A stretch of DNA of 64,000 nt from Lingula anatina (lineage: Eukaryota; Animalia; Brachiopoda). The position numbers were made by a program, and so were the translations under genes. The stretch spans positions 434,001 to 498,000 of the forward strand of contig CM120649.1 of NCBI GenBank assembly GCA_051362555.1. The letters are read 5' to 3'. Shown piece after piece: positions 59,565-64,000 of the stretch (positions within the stretch are counted from its first letter, which is position 1; every line of letters begins with the position of its first letter). Below the pieces are notes generated by a model, which searched no databases, had not been told where the DNA came from, and worked only from the letters and a program-made list of their open reading frames with translations.

Positions 59565-61453
59565 TGAGTTGGATTCGTATTATCAGCCCGTGCTTGTTGT
59601 TTTTCAGCATTTTTTCTTTGTAAGAATTTTTTATATTTTAGGCAATTTCGTTTAAAATGGCCCTTTCCTTTACAGAAAAAACACACAGGTGTTGTTTTAG
59701 GTGTGAATTTCCGGACCAAGCGTTCAACCATAGATTCCAACTCTGCCATTGAATTAAACTGAATTGTATTCAATTTAGGTGACTGGCTAACGCGTTTTTC
59801 CACGATGGATTCAACAAGTTGTTCTACATTTTCAGTTGGAAATTGCCGATTTTCATCAGCTGTTAGATTTAGAGAACTAATTTGTAATTCATCACGATTT
59901 TTTCGTGTTGGTTTTTGAATATGTGATGATTTGTAGACTTGCTGATAATCCACCATGTAGGTCATTGCCTCGCTGATGCTTGCTGGATGTTTTAAACGAG
60001 TGTAACGCCCGGCATCCTGATCAATGCAGCCCTGACAAAATTTAGATATTGTTTCTTTTGTTCTAAAGGATTCTGATTCATCAGGATAAGCATCTTTGGC
60101 CAATAACAAAACACGGCACAGCCATTTATTCAAGGTTTCGTTGGAAGATTGAACTGCTGTGTGAAATGCCAAACGAGCTGAATCGGGATGTTTTTTAATT
60201 CCGAATACTGAATCCATTTCACTCATTAAGGCTGAATACGTCATGTGTTTATTTGCTCTGAGATTGGTGTTATACAAAGCCAAAGCCTCGCCTTCTAGAC
60301 TCCATAAAAGGTAATCTAGACACTCATTTTCCGACCACTCTTTCACTTGGCGATAACTGTCAAATCTGTTTTTAAAAGACTCCCAGTTTTCACAATTTCC
60401 GTCAAAAGACAATTTTTTGGGTAAATCACTGGGGTCCCCTCTGTCCTTTTTATTTTTAGGACGTACTGTTTTTGGTACTCTAAAATATTCATTTTCACTT
60501 TCATCGCTTTCGGGAAGAAGTGGTTCGTCGCGGAAAACGGGAGACGAAATTCTATGGCGCGTATGATGTTTTTCTATTGAACTCGGCCGGTAATCATGTT
60601 TACGTTCGACTGTATCAGCAACACTATGCTCAACGTTAAGTTGCCGCCGTCCGGGCGTAGGAACATGAATCTGTGGCAGATCATAATTCGAAACAACCCG
60701 ATGGACAGACGGAGCTGGTCGCCGACTACTTTCCCTACCAGTCGGTAAAGAAGTAACAGTCTCGGAATTTATGACACGGCCTGGAGGCTTTATATGCGCG
60801 GAAGAAGTTGTATGATCTTTGTTATCGACACGCAGCCTCTCAATAGGCAGAGCAAAAAGATCGTATTCAGGGTCTAAAGTGGCTGGCTGCGAAGTGAAAG
60901 TTCTGGGGTCCAAAGCTGAGTGAGAACGTAATTTTGTTTTTGGTTTGATAAATTGCTGCTCAGTTGTTGATTTTGAACGAGCTTTTAATTTTAAATATGT
61001 TGGTGGAGAATAAGTTGCAGCTTTTTGAATGTTTTTACTGCGTGAAATTTTTTCTTGTTGATTAATTTCCTCACCCACTTTGAGAATTCTTTCAAATTCT
61101 GCCCTATAGCTTTCAGCAGCCGCTCTTCCTTCATTATGAATGTAGGAAGTCACTTTAGAAGTTTTCATTTTGGGTTTTTGACTTTTTTCGGTGGATAATG
61201 TGCTAGTATCGAGGTCACCCACGTCGACTTCAGATCCGATTTCACTTCTGTGAGTACTGCCAAAAGAGAGATTTTCAATTACATTTGATCCAAGATTGGA
61301 TCCACAAATCTCCAAAATGTTGGATCTGGTCACGGGGATCCCATGTTCTCTAGCATATATTATCCTTTCTGCACGTTTAGGACCTATACCCGGCAGCGTA
61401 ACGAGCTCATCGTAAGTAGCACGATTGACTGGCAACCTTGATGCACTCGCCAT
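59555..61453 (-). CDS. Gypsy Gag, 632 aa, with N-terminal helix-hairpin-helix and C-terminal CCHC knuckle
   Basis: VNRATYDELVTLPGIGPKRAERII (HhH); FDG...WESFKNRF...W...L.GEA...Q..NETL (capsid-like); CFFCKGKGHFKRNC. Confidence 0.92.
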   Translation of the reverse strand: MASASRLPVNRATYDELVTLPGIGPKRAERIIYAREHGIPVTRSNILEICGSNLGSNVIENLSFGSTHRSEIGSEVDVGDLDTSTLSTEKSQKPKMKTSKVTSYIHNEGRAAAESYRAEFERILKVGEEINQQEKISRSKNIQKAATYSPPTYLKLKARSKSTTEQQFIKPKTKLRSHSALDPRTFTSQPATLDPEYDLFALPIERLRVDNKDHTTSSAHIKPPGRVINSETVTSLPTGRESSRRPAPSVHRVVSNYDLPQIHVPTPGRRQLNVEHSVADTVERKHDYRPSSIEKHHTRHRISSPVFRDEPLLPESDESENEYFRVPKTVRPKNKKDRGDPSDLPKKLSFDGNCENWESFKNRFDSYRQVKEWSENECLDYLLWSLEGEALALYNTNLRANKHMTYSALMSEMDSVFGIKKHPDSARLAFHTAVQSSNETLNKWLCRVLLLAKDAYPDESESFRTKETISKFCQGCIDQDAGRYTRLKHPASISEAMTYMVDYQQVYKSSHIQKPTRKNRDELQISSLNLTADENRQFPTENVEQLVESIVEKRVSQSPKLNTIQFNSMAELESMVERLVRKFTPKTTPVCFFCKGKGHFKRNCLKYKKFLQRKNAEKQQARADNTNPTHLN

Positions 61454-62045
61454 TGTACATTTGAAAGCGAAAAATAAATTGATTCAAAATAATTTCACTT
61501 ATCAAAGCACAATACACTACCAAGCTTATAGTGAAATTCGCTATAAATAGATTCCTAAAACGTACAATAAGTTCAAATTTGGAAAACAAAGACTTTGGTA
61601 CACAACGCAATAAATTGAAATCAGACAGAAATTCTATTCAGAATTCCGCCTAAAATACAAAAGAATAAATAACAACAAAACAGAAGTCAGTATTTTATTC
61701 TTTAAATAAACTAAATAAACAAAGAAACCAAAGTATTACGTGTGCACCTCAGTCTTGGAAAATTTCGGTAGAGATCGTAACAATGCACAGGATAATGAGA
61801 CCAACGTCTCCTTTATATCACCGACCTTTTCACGTAAGTACTGAAAAATAACGTAGATGTGCAGGAAAATCAGTGTCTCCTGATGCGGTGACCTTTACGA
61901 TCCAAAATTGAAACAACAATTTTGACCGCCGCTCCACCCAATTATTCAAATGGATGTTAGACAAAGGAATTTCCCGCGCAAACTACTTTCAGCTAGATCG
62001 CAGCGAAAACTAAGCTTTAGGCCCGCAAATATACAAGTTACGAAT

Positions 62046-62057
62046 GCCTTGTCGCCA
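62046..62057 (-). other. Primer binding site (tRNA-Ser-like)
   Basis: TGGCGACAAGG begins 1 nt inside the 5' LTR boundary. It is one mismatch from TGGCGACGAGG, the complement of the tRNA-Ser(GCU) 3' end. Confidence 0.75.
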
Positions 62058-62058
62058 A

Positions 62059-62337
62059 TAAAGTATTCACTGTGTCTACTTACTGAATTGGTGAGTGATC
62101 GCTGTCTATTGTTATGCTCTTTGATAGAATTGTAGATGGATCGTCAATCTAGACACGTCCGGTACGGAGTGCAGAATATTAGACAATGATCTGTGACAGT
62201 TGTGATGTCACAATAGTGACGATCTCCTGCAGGGGGCGTGCTGTCCCCACCTGGCCTAGCTCACTCACCTGAGGTGGCCTATCTTGGCACATGAAGAGCA
62301 GACCAGGTGGAGGAAGGAAAAAACTCCGATCACAACA
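62059..62337 (-). repeat. 5' LTR (279 bp)
   Basis: Direct repeat of 51441-51719; followed by the PBS on the - strand. Confidence 0.97.
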
Positions 62338-62427
62338 CAGGACTGGTGTTTCTCCGAAATGATTCATTGTGCAACGATGAAAAAAAACTCGCGATTTACT
62401 ACGCCTTTTGATACATTTTTTTCATAC

Positions 62428-62538
62428 CTCTGTACTTTCCAGAAAATATACCCTTGAAACAAGGCTTCTCAAACTTCGTGCAGTCAGGGAATCGCACTTT
62501 TCAGCTAAAAAAGGCAAACAAAACAAATAGGCCAACAT
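62428..62538 (-). other. Putative first exon of the zinc-finger gene
   Basis: ATG at 62538, 37 open codons, then a GAG|GTATGA donor at 62428/62427, in phase with the acceptor at 50733. Surroundings are CpG-enriched. Confidence 0.5.
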
Positions 62539-62754
62539 GCAATATGGCCCCTCATCTCGCAGAGACTTATGGTAAATAGGTCATACAAGACAAGACCAAA
62601 CCAAAGTAAAACCCTTCTTTGTTATGATATCGTATGTTGTGCCGACCAGTGAAAACGTAAGTTGCGTTTCCAACCAATGAATTTCTGAAATCACTTATAA
62701 AGCTGTCTGTCATTCATATTTGTTTAGTTTGATTTAGGGGCTAATCGTTAATCG

Positions 62755-62755
62755 T

Positions 62756-62790
<35 letters not shown>

Positions 62791-62804
62791 TTTTTTATTT
62801 ATTT
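62755..62804. repeat. (TTTA)n microsatellite
   Basis: Directly visible. Confidence 0.9.
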
Positions 62805-64000
62805 AATATTGTTCATTTATTAAAACATTTAGGCCTACCACAACTTTCCCTGATTGCATATCGGACCCTATCCCTTGGGAATAAAATTATTGAAACCCAT
62901 TTAATTGATCAGTGCACCTTTCATGTACGATGTAATATGAAAGGTATTTTGGCGAAGTGCAATAATATATTAAGAAATATTAATATTTTTTATTACTGTG
63001 GAAGGAGTTTACACCCATTAGTGACGTGATGATACATACAAGGAAACCGTTGATGAAATTCAAATCGTGTGTACCACACTCAGAATTATAAAAGAGATAG
63101 GGCCTACATGTATGTATTGCATTCAGAAACATACGAATTAACATGAGTGGTGCCTTATTTAAACGCTTCAATGATCATGGTAGTGAAAGATTTGGTCTCT
63201 TCTCAAGAATGACCCGACCCTTTCACTTTTTAATCACTTTTTCACTTTTTAAAGTGAAGATATCCAAGTTCAATGTTTTAAACTCTGCACACACGGAAAA
63301 ATGGGAACCCAGACGTCCGTATTAATTGTAATTATAACTTCAACAATTAGCGTTTAGTATTCTAAAAGAATGCGCAAAAAATAATAATAATAAAATGAAA
63401 TAAAAATTACAATGCATTGTCAATCACCAACACTATATATTTATATATTTTATCAATTTAACATACAGACTTGGTCAAAAAGGTTTACAAATTTGTTTAA
63501 AAATTATCACCTCACATTTTTAAACCATTTTAAACAGCGTTTTTCCAGATATCATATATGACTCTAGTACAGAAAATAACTAAAAAATACCGGTGAACAT
63601 ATACACGTACTTTTTACCATCCACACTGTATTCAAATTTAGAGCATATATCCCCTTCAAACAAAATGTCAACAAAATTTAAAAGACACTTACATACTTAC
63701 ATTACACTTACATTTATCACCAAATTTACACACAATGGACATCAGCATGTGCTTGTCAAAGGTTACGTGTCATATGTAGCGTGTTTCTGTCGCGCACTGC
63801 AATTAACGCCTCTAGAGGGCGCGGCAGGCCTTCATCAAGGGGAAGAATTCTTTCTGGAATTCACATGGGTGATTGTTAGCATGCTATCCATTCATCAGAA
63901 CTTCAATCTTCACTCGCGCATAACCACCAGGAATTTGGGGGGCCAAATAATTTTACCCAATATTTTACGCATTTCTGTTTCACCCCCAAAATAATCTAAA

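Larger units (their letters stand above)
51441..62337 (-). mobile_element. Full-length Ty3/Gypsy LTR retrotransposon with gag, pol(PHD) and a TatD-nuclease ORF3
   Basis: Two 279-bp LTRs, identical by eye. 4-bp TSD CAGG (51437-51440, 62338-62341). PBS and PPT present. Uninterrupted gag, pol (PR-RT-RH-IN order) and ORF3. Confidence 0.97.

Overview
AT-rich, intron-containing animal genomic DNA (invertebrate; repeat families look mollusc-like, which is an inference). Host genes: the last nine coding exons of the 26S proteasome subunit PSMD1/Rpn2 (+, preceded by a >=16 kb intron); a complete six-exon thymidylate kinase DTYMK (-); an mTERF-like gene (+) sharing a bidirectional promoter with DTYMK; and an 8-finger C2H2 zinc-finger gene (-). 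Mobile DNA: a Helentron-associated (HINE-like) element carrying satellite arrays, several TIR elements/MITEs, a 5'-truncated RTEX/L2-type LINE with an esterase ORF1, a tRNA-containing solo LTR (Helenus-like TRIM), and an apparently intact, very young 10.9 kb Ty3/Gypsy LTR retrotransposon (51441-62337). The Gypsy element is the highlight. Its Gag starts with a ComEA-like helix-hairpin-helix. Gag and Pol are joined by a U_UUA_AAC slippery site plus a predicted pseudoknot. Its integrase ends in an H3K4me3-reader-type PHD finger. In the env position it carries a 763-aa ORF with a TatD nuclease domain whose metal ligands are intact, preceded by its own splice acceptor. All exon and junction coordinates were read by eye; no database searches were run.
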